In this document: piece by piece, positions 29,611 to 39,768 of the stretch
Layout: each line of letters begins with the position of its first letter
Numbering within the stretch: the first letter of the stretch is position 1
Virus record (IMG/VR): IMGVR_UViG_3300025449_000010
Span: 8,068-72,067 of that record
Strand: one strand, 5' to 3'
From: a virus
DNA length: 64,000 nt
Translations under genes and position numbers: made by a program
Notes under the pieces: generated by a model
The model's database searches: none
Told to the model about the DNA's origin: nothing
What the model saw: the letters and a program-made list of their open reading frames with translations, nothing else

Positions 29611-30722
29611 CATCTCCAATTCAATACCTAGACCTGATACCAGTAGCTACTATTGATAATACCGATGTCAATCACCATGCTCAGCTAACACTGGGCATGG
29701 ACATAGCATCTACTGTGACTCAGATTGGTACTCAGATAGCCAGGATGCAGTCCCAGGCAGGTTCTGATATCAACACTAATATATCCCTGGCAGCAGAAGC
29801 CCTGCTCTACACCCTGTACATTACCAGCACGATAGCCACTCCTGATGCCCAGGGCCTGACACCACACTGGTCGAAGATCAGAAGCATCCCGATACTGCCA
29901 GATTCACAGACCCTAATTACCAGAATGCAGGGTTCAGGTAGTAACTGGGCAGGTACATATGGGAGTCTGGGTTACTACACAGTGCACTGCACGGTGCCGC
30001 CCTACATCCACTCTACTGCCCTGGTAGATATGGCTATCGGGCAGATGACATCGGTGTCTCTGTCACTGCAACCATGGGTAGCAGCTCGTACCTCCGACCT
30101 AGACCTCAATATCTACAACAGTCTCTTCCAGATACTATCACCTGTAACACCTGCCGTCAGGCTACTAGACTTCCTGCAGGTATGGGTAGAACCGCTACTG
30201 ACCCAGACAGTAACTGAACCGACCCTACTGTCCATACAGTCTGTACTCCGCAACTACGTCATCACCAGTTATGACCTGGATAGCTGGTCATGGAAAATGC
30301 TGCATTCCGCATTATCACCATCCATACAGTCAGCTATAGATGAAATCATCGGCTATGCCCTGAGACCTACTGCAGTATCTGATACCCCTGAGGGACAGTG
30401 GCTGCAGGCCCTATATGGCGCTATGCCATCAGGCAGCACATCCGGTATACTCAGCGATGCCAATCTATTCATATCTAACCTGACTCCTCCTGGGGGATTT
30501 AACCTGCTGTTGGTGGGCATAGCTGCTGACCTACTGAATAGGGCAGTCATACAGCTAACCAATAGTACCACTATTACCAATTCAGTAGCCTACGAGCTAT
30601 ATCGGGCAGGACTACTCCTGCGCAGGTCTAATCTAGATATACTCGTGGCAATAGGACATAACCTGGGAATACTATCTCAGATACAGGACACATTACCAGT
30701 TCAGGTTAGGAGTCTATTATGA
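29607..30722 (+). CDS. Hypothetical (tail/baseplate region) protein
   Basis: 371-aa ORF with ATGA overlaps on both sides. Confidence 0.6.
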   Translation: MTSPIQYLDLIPVATIDNTDVNHHAQLTLGMDIASTVTQIGTQIARMQSQAGSDINTNISLAAEALLYTLYITSTIATPDAQGLTPHWSKIRSIPILPDSQTLITRMQGSGSNWAGTYGSLGYYTVHCTVPPYIHSTALVDMAIGQMTSVSLSLQPWVAARTSDLDLNIYNSLFQILSPVTPAVRLLDFLQVWVEPLLTQTVTEPTLLSIQSVLRNYVITSYDLDSWSWKMLHSALSPSIQSAIDEIIGYALRPTAVSDTPEGQWLQALYGAMPSGSTSGILSDANLFISNLTPPGGFNLLLVGIAADLLNRAVIQLTNSTTITNSVAYELYRAGLLLRRSNLDILVAIGHNLGILSQIQDTLPVQVRSLL

Positions 30723-33700
30723 GTAATACGTTTGACCTATCTCTGCTGTCAAATCCTAATGGGAGTGTAGAATCCGCTACTGCCAATATTGATTGGGCAG
30801 CCGATAGTGGAGCACCATACATTACTCCCAACCCAGCACCAGATTCCCTGGCAGATAAGCTAAAAACAGCCCTGGTGGGTGCTCCAGTTACCCTGGATCA
30901 GACAATGGCTATGCTCAATAGTGCTGGAGATGCCAATTCTGTTACCTACGACACTGTGACATCCACACTCCAGAGTACATCAGCCCAGGCAGATGGATCT
31001 AATGGTCCTCAGCAGGCATCTACACAGATAATAGCTGAGGTACTCAAGGCTCTCAATCCACAGTGTGACCTGGCTAATGCTGCTACAAATAGTATCAGTA
31101 ATGCCAACTCCATCCTGACTGATGCTGTGACATCTGCACAGCTACTGGGCGGCACCCTATCTACTAACCCGAATAGTACACTCAACACCAGTAATACTCC
31201 CAGTGCCGCCTCTACCGCAGCTGCAGGTACTCTAGTTACAACTGCCACTGATCCAACCTTCACCTCATTACCTATACAGGCCAGTAATGACACCCCTACT
31301 GTCTCATCTACTGTAGATACCGCCGCCTCTGCAGTATCATCTTCCAGTAGTTCCTCTATAGACAGTCAAATTCAGGTAGACACCTCCAATATCCAGAGCT
31401 ATCTAAATAAATCAGTAGCTACTGCCACTGACTCACTCAAGGCAATGGTAACTGCACTGGGTCAGGTAGGCGGCACCAACTATACAGTCAGTAACGTTAA
31501 TATAGCTAAACATGATCACAGCATTACCCATGTTGAGGGTAGTCAGGTATCTAATGCCTATCACTATGAAGTTAACTCCAGTAATCACAGCGTACAGGCA
31601 TCTAATTACAATTTAATATCGGATTCCATATACAGAACATCATCCCAGTTCTTCGAGCAACATGATGCCAAGGTAACAACCGTAGCAGGAGACAGTAACA
31701 GTTTTCATGGTGGAGCTCATAACACCAACGCCAAGACGCATAATGTAGTGGCTGTAGAAACCTCTACGCATACCAGCGGAGATCATACTGTTCAGGTCAA
31801 TAATAATCTAACTCATAATGTTGGCGGAGATATACTGCATACTGCAGCCAGTATCTCTCAGATGTCTACGGGTAATTACAGCATAGTCAATGGGTCTAGT
31901 TATTCAGTCAATACCATTGTCGGACTTAATCTATTGGGAAGTGGGGATAGTACTTCATTGAAGGCGTCCAACAGCACTGCTACCAATACTCTCAGTACTG
32001 CTGCCAACGCTGCCAGCACACTTACTGGAAACATATCTCATAATCTCTTCTCACTACTGGGTATCAACTCCACCTGGCTAAATTCTCTGGGTGCAGTCAG
32101 TAATGTACTGGGTGGCGGCACCATTCATCTGACTGATAATTTCAATCCATTCAGTATACTGCAAGGCATCATCAGCGTTGGTAGTCTGATTCCGACTGAC
32201 CTGATAGGATTACTGTCTCTGGCTAATCCCAATATTCTTCGGCAGATACCATTACTACGTACACTCACTTCTGATATTCTCAAAGGCTGCAATAAAGCTC
32301 CTGCAAGTAAGAATAGTACTAGTAAGCAGCCTACTCTTGGAACTTTTACTGGATCTAGCGCTACTTTGTCTAATTTTCAAAGTACAGATCCAACTAAAAC
32401 TACAGTGAATAATAGCACGGCTAAATCAACTAGCTCTAAGAAACCTACGCCAGGAGGTTCACCTGCTATTGATCTAACTTCAGCTAATAAAAATGTAGCC
32501 ATTAATCCAGTTGGCTGTTATAACAGTAATCCCACCAATATATATTGTGAATGGACTCTGCCTAGTAGTGGCGACAGTTCTCCTGCAAATTCCGACAATG
32601 GAGTTGTAGATGCAGTTCCCACTCTTAATTTATCAATACCGGACTACATTAGGGCCCTTACCGGTAATTCCACAGCAATTGCCTTTCTGAGTAAAGACGC
32701 CAATACAGCTAATAAAATAAATAACTACATTTCTGCATTAAATACATCCTTAGATGATGCTATTACCAATTACAATCTTCCAATAAATATAAGAACAGAA
32801 CTAGAAAAGCCCTATTCTATAGGTACTGCTGGTACTGTAGAATTAATTGCTATCTTATCTTTTTTATATCAGAATCAGCCTCTAACTGCCGTAGACATTA
32901 CAGAAATTAATCTCACTCAGCAGGGAATAAGTCCATCCGATGCAAACATAATAATAAACCTATTTAACGGAAGTATGGCTGCTAACCTACTCCAAGCAGC
33001 CAATTATGCTATTTCTAACGTAAATACTACTATTCAACAGGCAGTCAGTCCATCAACTACAGGTATTAATGCTGGTGGAGGATTATTTGGCAGCAGTAAC
33101 AGTAATAGTCAAATTAATATAGGAGGTTATAACTATTCTGTCAGCAATTTTAATCTATATAGCCAAGCTAATCCTACTTTAAATCTTACTAGTCCCCAGA
33201 ACTTAGTTGCATCAGTATTGGGCGATATTAATTCGTTAAATCAGACTAGCCCTGTTCTTAATGCCTTAAATATCAACCCCACTAACTATATAGATCAAAT
33301 AAATGCCATAACCAATGGTGATCTTACAAGCAATACAATTCAATTAACTTTAAACAGTGCCGCCGCCTCCACTCCTCAAAACAATACGCTTGGATTATCT
33401 CCGCAGTCTATATTAGTATTTAATGCAGTTAAAGACAGTATTAATCAGACGCTTTCTCAGACCTACCCCTCATCTACGACTAATAAAATAGTCAATGCCC
33501 TAGGCAGTATTACTCTGGGAAGTGCTCAGCAGGATCTCAACAGTATAAGCAAATTACTAACTAGCTCTGGCATTATTCCATCTCAGGCAATCAGTATCGC
33601 CAGTAAGGTTCTCCCCATAGCTACTACCCTGGCAAGTGGTAATGTCATGTCACTGCTATCATCACAGGGACTAACTCAGATAACAAATGCTCTGTCTAGC

Positions 33701-34723
33701 ATACCTGGCATATCCAGTTTGCTGACTAAATCAAATACCATACTGGGAGATGTATCTAATTTACTCAATATACCTGGTACCGTAGCTAAACTGATTAACA
33801 GTAAGATACCTCTACTTCAGCAGCTAGATACTCTAATTAACTGTCCCGATCTGTTTGGCTCCATAGGTAAGGCACTGGGTAAAGAGACAGGATTTACTGC
33901 TATATCGGATGCTGTTAATAAATTAAATACACAGACTACACAGATTAATTCGACTGCCGCGAAAATCCTCGATATTCCCCCTGATGGTAATAATCCCATT
34001 GCCGCTAGTAATGATAGTACCAGTACCGCCTTCACCATGTCAGCTGAGGTAGCAGCTCAAGCATATAATCAACAGGCAGTTAATGCTGCTGCAAGTCTAG
34101 ATCAACATCCAGCTGTTAATTCCACTGGTCAATCTCTACAGGCTGCTAGGTACATGGAACAGCTACCTAGATTCATACAGATAATGAATAGTATAGCCCT
34201 GTCTCCTGTTACTGCTGCCCGTGAACTGAATAATTACTATCAGCAGGTAGGTATTACACCCAACGACACAGCTGAAAATATAGTCAGCAATATAATAAAT
34301 GCCACGCAACAGATACCCAGCAGCAGTACCGCTGTACAGATACCACAATGGCCTGCTGAAATGGCCACGGTGGATGTAATTGGTATGAACACTGGAGTGC
34401 TGTCTTTCGGTATGCAGACCATGTTTCGTCCTGACACCTACTATCCAGGCAGCGGGATGTCTCTGGTAGTCAATGCCCCCCAATACCTGTATAAGGGCAT
34501 GACACTGACTATTCAGCAGGATGACACTAACTACATGCCCATCACCCTCAACTATACCGTCATAGACTATGACCCCACTACCAACCTGGGAGTAGCTATG
34601 CTGACTACTCGCTACACCATACTCAAATCAGTCGACAGTAATGGGCTAATCTACGAATTAAACGCCTCATGCATAGGCAATACTGTAATACCATATATTA
34701 CGGATGCCTATATATTTGCCTAA
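30719..34723 (+). CDS. Large S/T/N-rich protein with gp5-C-like beta-helix repeat segment (spike-related)
   Basis: 1334 aa; short-period repeats such as TSGDHTVQVNNNLTHNVGGDILHT at ~31500-31930. Confidence 0.6.
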   Translation: MSNTFDLSLLSNPNGSVESATANIDWAADSGAPYITPNPAPDSLADKLKTALVGAPVTLDQTMAMLNSAGDANSVTYDTVTSTLQSTSAQADGSNGPQQASTQIIAEVLKALNPQCDLANAATNSISNANSILTDAVTSAQLLGGTLSTNPNSTLNTSNTPSAASTAAAGTLVTTATDPTFTSLPIQASNDTPTVSSTVDTAASAVSSSSSSSIDSQIQVDTSNIQSYLNKSVATATDSLKAMVTALGQVGGTNYTVSNVNIAKHDHSITHVEGSQVSNAYHYEVNSSNHSVQASNYNLISDSIYRTSSQFFEQHDAKVTTVAGDSNSFHGGAHNTNAKTHNVVAVETSTHTSGDHTVQVNNNLTHNVGGDILHTAASISQMSTGNYSIVNGSSYSVNTIVGLNLLGSGDSTSLKASNSTATNTLSTAANAASTLTGNISHNLFSLLGINSTWLNSLGAVSNVLGGGTIHLTDNFNPFSILQGIISVGSLIPTDLIGLLSLANPNILRQIPLLRTLTSDILKGCNKAPASKNSTSKQPTLGTFTGSSATLSNFQSTDPTKTTVNNSTAKSTSSKKPTPGGSPAIDLTSANKNVAINPVGCYNSNPTNIYCEWTLPSSGDSSPANSDNGVVDAVPTLNLSIPDYIRALTGNSTAIAFLSKDANTANKINNYISALNTSLDDAITNYNLPINIRTELEKPYSIGTAGTVELIAILSFLYQNQPLTAVDITEINLTQQGISPSDANIIINLFNGSMAANLLQAANYAISNVNTTIQQAVSPSTTGINAGGGLFGSSNSNSQINIGGYNYSVSNFNLYSQANPTLNLTSPQNLVASVLGDINSLNQTSPVLNALNINPTNYIDQINAITNGDLTSNTIQLTLNSAAASTPQNNTLGLSPQSILVFNAVKDSINQTLSQTYPSSTTNKIVNALGSITLGSAQQDLNSISKLLTSSGIIPSQAISIASKVLPIATTLASGNVMSLLSSQGLTQITNALSSIPGISSLLTKSNTILGDVSNLLNIPGTVAKLINSKIPLLQQLDTLINCPDLFGSIGKALGKETGFTAISDAVNKLNTQTTQINSTAAKILDIPPDGNNPIAASNDSTSTAFTMSAEVAAQAYNQQAVNAAASLDQHPAVNSTGQSLQAARYMEQLPRFIQIMNSIALSPVTAARELNNYYQQVGITPNDTAENIVSNIINATQQIPSSSTAVQIPQWPAEMATVDVIGMNTGVLSFGMQTMFRPDTYYPGSGMSLVVNAPQYLYKGMTLTIQQDDTNYMPITLNYTVIDYDPTTNLGVAMLTTRYTILKSVDSNGLIYELNASCIGNTVIPYITDAYIFA

Positions 34724-34737
34724 CGTTAATATCCCAT

Positions 34738-35112
34738 ATGCAGCCCATACAGGTCACCTATCCAATACAGTACGGCATATCAATCTACGTAGCTCCCATT
34801 GTCAGTGTTACCAGCGGCACTGTCAATCTAACTATCCGCTATTCAACCAGTAACCCTGTACTTAACAGTGCCGCCACCTCTAACATCCTCTGGAAGAACA
34901 GTTCAGGCCACAGTCCCGGTGGAGTTAGATTTGACTACAGTAGGAACAGTCAACTGCCTGCAGGCAGCTACTCCGTATCTGTAACCATTACCAGACAGGA
35001 TGGACTCAACCTCAGTGGCAGCAGGATCTACACCATTGACCAGCCCACCGACAACATAGTAATAGGGTTACCGTATAGCATCTATCCCTCTATTCCCCTA
35101 GCACATGCTTGA
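34738..35112 (+). CDS. Small beta-rich hypothetical protein
   Basis: Likely start ATG 34738 (MQPIQV); overlaps the next gene. Confidence 0.5.
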   Translation: MQPIQVTYPIQYGISIYVAPIVSVTSGTVNLTIRYSTSNPVLNSAATSNILWKNSSGHSPGGVRFDYSRNSQLPAGSYSVSVTITRQDGLNLSGSRIYTIDQPTDNIVIGLPYSIYPSIPLAHA

Positions 35113-35464
35113 CATAGGACTCACTAATGGTGATATTGCCATCAGTAATAATGACGTAGTAACAGTCACTGATGTGAATAACTATCTGATGAAATCACTG
35201 GGCACACCCCAGGGACTGCTATCTCAACTGGCATATGACAACAATGGAAAAATAACTGAGATAGATACCACATATGGGAATGCCATCTTCTCTATGCTCT
35301 CAGAACCAATCAGTTACTCCCTGATGAATGACATGAGGCAAGCAGTTGTAGATGCTTCACTGGGAGCTGCCACTGACGTTACACTGCAGTTCCTGAATGC
35401 TGATACTGTAAACACCACGGTAACTACTAATACTGGACTGATTCAATTTGTAGCTAAAGCCTAA
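35105..35464 (+). CDS. Baseplate wedge/sheath initiator (gp25/gpW-like)
   Basis: D.....GD.....D...V, L.TP.G, YG...L; directly before the baseplate J gene. Confidence 0.65.
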   Translation: MLDIGLTNGDIAISNNDVVTVTDVNNYLMKSLGTPQGLLSQLAYDNNGKITEIDTTYGNAIFSMLSEPISYSLMNDMRQAVVDASLGAATDVTLQFLNADTVNTTVTTNTGLIQFVAKA

Positions 35465-35465
35465 T

Positions 35466-36506
35466 ATGTTAATAGACGATGTAGTAAGTCAGGTAAGAGC
35501 AGAACTGGGCACCCTCAAGAGTCCATTGTCTAATTTTCCAGATCATGGTAACCTCTGGGCAATAGTCAGAGCACTGGGTAGTGTTGCACAGGATCAATTT
35601 CAGGCAACAGCTAGTACCAAGCAGTCCATGTTCATTCAATATGCCACCGGCAGTGATTTAGATCTCCATGCTGCTAACTACGGATTGACCAGACTGGGGG
35701 GCAGCACTGCCAGGGGATACGTATTAATTAGCCTTACTGGAAGTAGCACTGTATCTATACCTGCAGGAACTGTAATTACCATAGGTGGTCAGGACTATAC
35801 CATAAATACAGCATCTACCGTATACAGCAACGTAGAAATACCTGTGGCATGCACATCTACTAATAAGGGTAGTATATACAATGTAGCAGCAGGACAAGCT
35901 GGCTCTATAGCTGGATACCCCAACCTAAGCATAGTAGTTGGACAGTATAGAACTAAGGGAGTTGCTCAGGTAAATATAGCAGGCGGTATTGATGCTGAAA
36001 ACGATGCAGCCCTGAGAACGCGAATACTGTCCCTATTTCAGAGGGGCGCACCCAGTCTACGGTCTCTTATTCTCGACCAGGTAGCTGGTATAAGCAGAGT
36101 CAATATAGTAGAACCATCATCTGGTGGAGGCTATTTCTGGGTCTATGTAGATAGTAGTGACTACGATACCCTGAATCAGGTTAAAACTGTAGTCAATCAG
36201 TATCGTCCTATCGGTATAGCAGCAATTGTCAGTAGCCTGCAGATAGTTAACTATAATTTCACATTGGCAGTCAGTCTGAGCACTACCACCTCAGTATCTA
36301 CCTTCGAATCCAATGCCAATAGCACGCTGAGTCAGTACCTAGCCTCACTAGCCCCAGGTACGTCACTGAGTCTCACTGATCTGACCCTATACATCCAGGG
36401 CAGTATCTCCCCCGATATAACTATCAGCAGTGGACAGGCAATTAGTCTCAATGCCAATCAGGGTGCCGCCCTGGGTAAAATAACATTCAATATAACCTTC
36501 AAATGA
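35466..36506 (+). CDS. Baseplate J/gp47 family protein
   Basis: ATG.DLD.HA..YGL.R, IPAGT, GG.DAE.D..LR.R. Confidence 0.9.
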   Translation: MLIDDVVSQVRAELGTLKSPLSNFPDHGNLWAIVRALGSVAQDQFQATASTKQSMFIQYATGSDLDLHAANYGLTRLGGSTARGYVLISLTGSSTVSIPAGTVITIGGQDYTINTASTVYSNVEIPVACTSTNKGSIYNVAAGQAGSIAGYPNLSIVVGQYRTKGVAQVNIAGGIDAENDAALRTRILSLFQRGAPSLRSLILDQVAGISRVNIVEPSSGGGYFWVYVDSSDYDTLNQVKTVVNQYRPIGIAAIVSSLQIVNYNFTLAVSLSTTTSVSTFESNANSTLSQYLASLAPGTSLSLTDLTLYIQGSISPDITISSGQAISLNANQGAALGKITFNITFK

Positions 36507-38251
36507 TCAACCCAGGCGGTACGTCTAGAATTAGTGGACTGAGCATTACTCTCACCCCCACAGGTGGACAGGTAATCTATAATCGTGCTCCCCTGGCTAG
36601 TGTAACTGTGGTTGAACCTGACGTCCTGCAGTGGAATGTAACTCAGGAAGTAAATGTAACCAACTCATCCATCAGCATGGAGGGGAATTACACTGCTCCT
36701 GCCAGTACTGTCAGGGGTTGCTACGGCAGGAGTTCAGGTACCGTCTGGGTAATAGAGTCAGGTACCTATAACTGCTACGGTGAAACCACCATCTATGAAT
36801 ATATACCAGTAGATAATAATGGCTACTTCACCAGATCAGCCAACTACGGAAACTACAGTAATATCATTACCTATGCCCGTCTACTGGAGGTATCTGCCAA
36901 CAGCATCACACCCATACTGAGAACATATAGCATACCTCAGGGACTGATATCTAATACCATAGACCTGCCCCTGGACTACACCCATCAGTCCATATCCGTA
37001 GAACTACTATATATTCAATTACTAGGACAATATCTAGGCGGCACCAGTATTGCCGATACATTAGCACTATTACGTAAGATAGACAGCAACGGTTATCTGT
37101 ACGATACAGTCTGTGGCTACTATGCCTTGGATCTTCCCACTGCTGCTACCTTCACACTGGACAACGATGTGCTACAGAGTGGCATAGTCAGTGCAGCATC
37201 CAATAACTGGATACCAACAAGCAGCACTGTCACCTCTATCACCACCTGGGGATGGCATACCTTCATGCAGTCCACAGCCTGGGACACGACAACCAATTAT
37301 GATGGCAGTATAGATACGGTGGCTGACCTACTCTATAATTCCAGCCCAGCCACCACAGCAGAGAGCTGTCTCAAGATACTGGGACTACTGGCCTATAATG
37401 ATCTGAACGTCACTGAGACCTACATACTGGAAGCCTACAGGGAGTGGCGGGGATTACTCCTGACCGTGGCTGGTACGTCCACCCCAGATCCCTACACAGC
37501 AATGCTGCTCGCATTGGTCTTCTACCTCAACGATAGACCTGACCTGGTCAGTCAGATGACAGGCACCATCACTCTCAACACCAGTTCACCTTCCAGCCCC
37601 ATAACCAATACCGGAGGTACTGCCCTGGTCACCTATGCCCTGGCATCTGCCTTCATACCTGCAGTTCAGTCCCTCTGGAGTGGCGATTCCAGCTGGACAT
37701 CCTATGACCTGACCAGGCTATACCCCTGCCACCGTGGACAACTGCAGTCCCTAGACTTCCAGTATTATCGCATTAATACATGGCTACAGAAGTGGATACC
37801 ATACGCTAAATACTGGTATACAGTTGGTTCACCCAATCTGAATGACTTCCTACAGGCAATGGGGCTGATCTATGCCTCCTTCTACCTGTTACTGCAGAAT
37901 GCTCATCAGGCCATATCAGTGCAGAACTCCTGTCCCCAGGACAGACTGGCCTGGTCACATCTCTACGGAGTAAATTTAGCCAGTCTCAATACTGAAATAC
38001 TCAGTATACATGGGGTAGGTACCATGACTGACCTGCTGAGTATAGTCCCCAGTGCGCAGATAACAGAGGAGACCGCCATGGAGCTAGGGCACTATGTGAC
38101 TCAGACAACTGGAAATCACCTGGGCAGCAGCAACGTAACCATAGGTGTGCCTGACCCCACAGCTGATGTTGTAAATATTATTAACCGCTATCGCCCGCTG
38201 GCTACTGTCTGGAATGTAGTCAGCTATATAACTCTAGGAGCCCTACCATGA
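36503..38251 (+). CDS. Baseplate protein (gpI/gp48-like C-terminus, extended N-terminus)
   Basis: Follows the J gene; C-terminal 'L.AW..LYG' and 'IINRYRPLAT'. Confidence 0.55.
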   Translation: MINPGGTSRISGLSITLTPTGGQVIYNRAPLASVTVVEPDVLQWNVTQEVNVTNSSISMEGNYTAPASTVRGCYGRSSGTVWVIESGTYNCYGETTIYEYIPVDNNGYFTRSANYGNYSNIITYARLLEVSANSITPILRTYSIPQGLISNTIDLPLDYTHQSISVELLYIQLLGQYLGGTSIADTLALLRKIDSNGYLYDTVCGYYALDLPTAATFTLDNDVLQSGIVSAASNNWIPTSSTVTSITTWGWHTFMQSTAWDTTTNYDGSIDTVADLLYNSSPATTAESCLKILGLLAYNDLNVTETYILEAYREWRGLLLTVAGTSTPDPYTAMLLALVFYLNDRPDLVSQMTGTITLNTSSPSSPITNTGGTALVTYALASAFIPAVQSLWSGDSSWTSYDLTRLYPCHRGQLQSLDFQYYRINTWLQKWIPYAKYWYTVGSPNLNDFLQAMGLIYASFYLLLQNAHQAISVQNSCPQDRLAWSHLYGVNLASLNTEILSIHGVGTMTDLLSIVPSAQITEETAMELGHYVTQTTGNHLGSSNVTIGVPDPTADVVNIINRYRPLATVWNVVSYITLGALP

Positions 38252-39210
38252 AAATTACAGTAGCTGGACTGGGTCCACGTGGACTCTCCGTATGTCTCTA
38301 TGCCCTGTCCAGGGGACTAGAGGTAACTGCCTACGATCCCAATCCGCTGGGTACATGGGCGCCGCCCCAGATCCTTCCGCAATTTACCCTGCGTAGTCCA
38401 TCCACATTCGACCTGGTGACTAACGGTCCAGATTCACTGCAGGTCTATTCCCTGCGTACCTATCTGGGCTACCCATCTCCAACTGGATTAACCCAGGAAC
38501 AACTGGAGACTGATGAGTACAGACCCAGTCGCATACAAATGTCTGCCTACCTGAACTGGGTATGGAATCAGATCAGAGATTCCATAGACTGGATACCCAC
38601 CACCTGTCCCAGCCCTCCCACAGTCATGGCAATAGGCTCAGGCATACCGAAGATACCCGTCTGGGCACAGAACACCAGGCTACTGAACCAGATCACCAAC
38701 AATCCGAATCACACAGGAAGAAGACTGCTGGTGATAGGCAGTGGACAGCAGGCAGCTGAGTGGGTAGTTCAGCTGGCTGTCAATAATCAGGTCAGCTGGG
38801 TTCATAATCCAGCCCGCTCATCTCTCTATCCAGTTCCCTCCTATACGGACTGGGGAGAGAAGACTGCACTGGGCAGCCACTACTCCAGTAATCTCAATAC
38901 CATGCAGCAGGCATTCTACCTGGCAGCTGTCAAGCAGTGGCAGCCCAGCATCACACCTGAGGTATTGGCTCAACTGGATACAGCAGACTATGAGGATATA
39001 TCCTCCCAGCAGGCACTCAACATTAACTGGGATGCTGTGGTACTGGCAACTGGTCGCCAGACTACCCAGCATGAGCTGCATAACTTCAGGGCATCCAACG
39101 GGGTCTACTATACAGGTACCAGCGCCATTAACTACGATGGACCCAGACAGGGTAGCCTGATCTCAGCAGGGCCGACTGCTCATTCCATAATCAACAGCTT
39201 CATCCTATGA
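38248..39210 (+). CDS. FAD/NAD(P)-dependent oxidoreductase, similar to class B flavin (Lys/Orn N-hydroxylase-like) monooxygenases
   Basis: VAGLGPRGL (FAD binding), LRSP, PSR..M..YL.W, IGSGQQAAE (NADPH binding), VVLATG. Confidence 0.75.
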   Translation: MKITVAGLGPRGLSVCLYALSRGLEVTAYDPNPLGTWAPPQILPQFTLRSPSTFDLVTNGPDSLQVYSLRTYLGYPSPTGLTQEQLETDEYRPSRIQMSAYLNWVWNQIRDSIDWIPTTCPSPPTVMAIGSGIPKIPVWAQNTRLLNQITNNPNHTGRRLLVIGSGQQAAEWVVQLAVNNQVSWVHNPARSSLYPVPSYTDWGEKTALGSHYSSNLNTMQQAFYLAAVKQWQPSITPEVLAQLDTADYEDISSQQALNINWDAVVLATGRQTTQHELHNFRASNGVYYTGTSAINYDGPRQGSLISAGPTAHSIINSFIL

Positions 39211-39767
39211 CCACCCAGATATTCAGTCCACAGTCTGATACCCTCAAGGTACTCTCCTTCATACAGAAGGTCAGTCCCAGTATGTACTGGGGGATAGGTG
39301 GATTCAACCAACAACCACCAGCCAATCTAAGTCTCAGTGCCGCCCCCACCAGCGACATGGTATTCCTGCCTGCCTATGAGATACTACCTGCAGCACGCAT
39401 AGACAGCACAGATCCCTGGTCATCCAGTCAGAAACAGCAAGCCCAGACAACGCTAGACAATAGTTGGTATCTCTATAGAGGCATTACTGATACTGACTAC
39501 CCATATCACTCCAGAGTTAGTCCCAACCTGACCGCCCCCCTGGTGGCTACTAATACCTACGTTTCAGTTAAGATATCGCCGAATCAACTCCCAGGTGCAT
39601 TCTCCATCCTGGCACTATTCAGTCATGTGGTACTGGGTAGCGCTGTCACTGGAACTAATCCACCCTATAGTGCGGCTAATGTGGTAGACACTGGACTACT
39701 GCACTGGATAGGTAGCTATAACAGCACTAGCATAACCAATACCACCTACTATCAGCTCTTTCTCTAA
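39207..39767 (+). CDS. Probable baseplate wedge protein
   Basis: 186 aa, translationally coupled, precedes the DUF4815-type gene; 'Y.GIG' N-terminal pattern. Confidence 0.4.
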   Translation: MTTQIFSPQSDTLKVLSFIQKVSPSMYWGIGGFNQQPPANLSLSAAPTSDMVFLPAYEILPAARIDSTDPWSSSQKQQAQTTLDNSWYLYRGITDTDYPYHSRVSPNLTAPLVATNTYVSVKISPNQLPGAFSILALFSHVVLGSAVTGTNPPYSAANVVDTGLLHWIGSYNSTSITNTTYYQLFL

Positions 39768-39768
39768 T

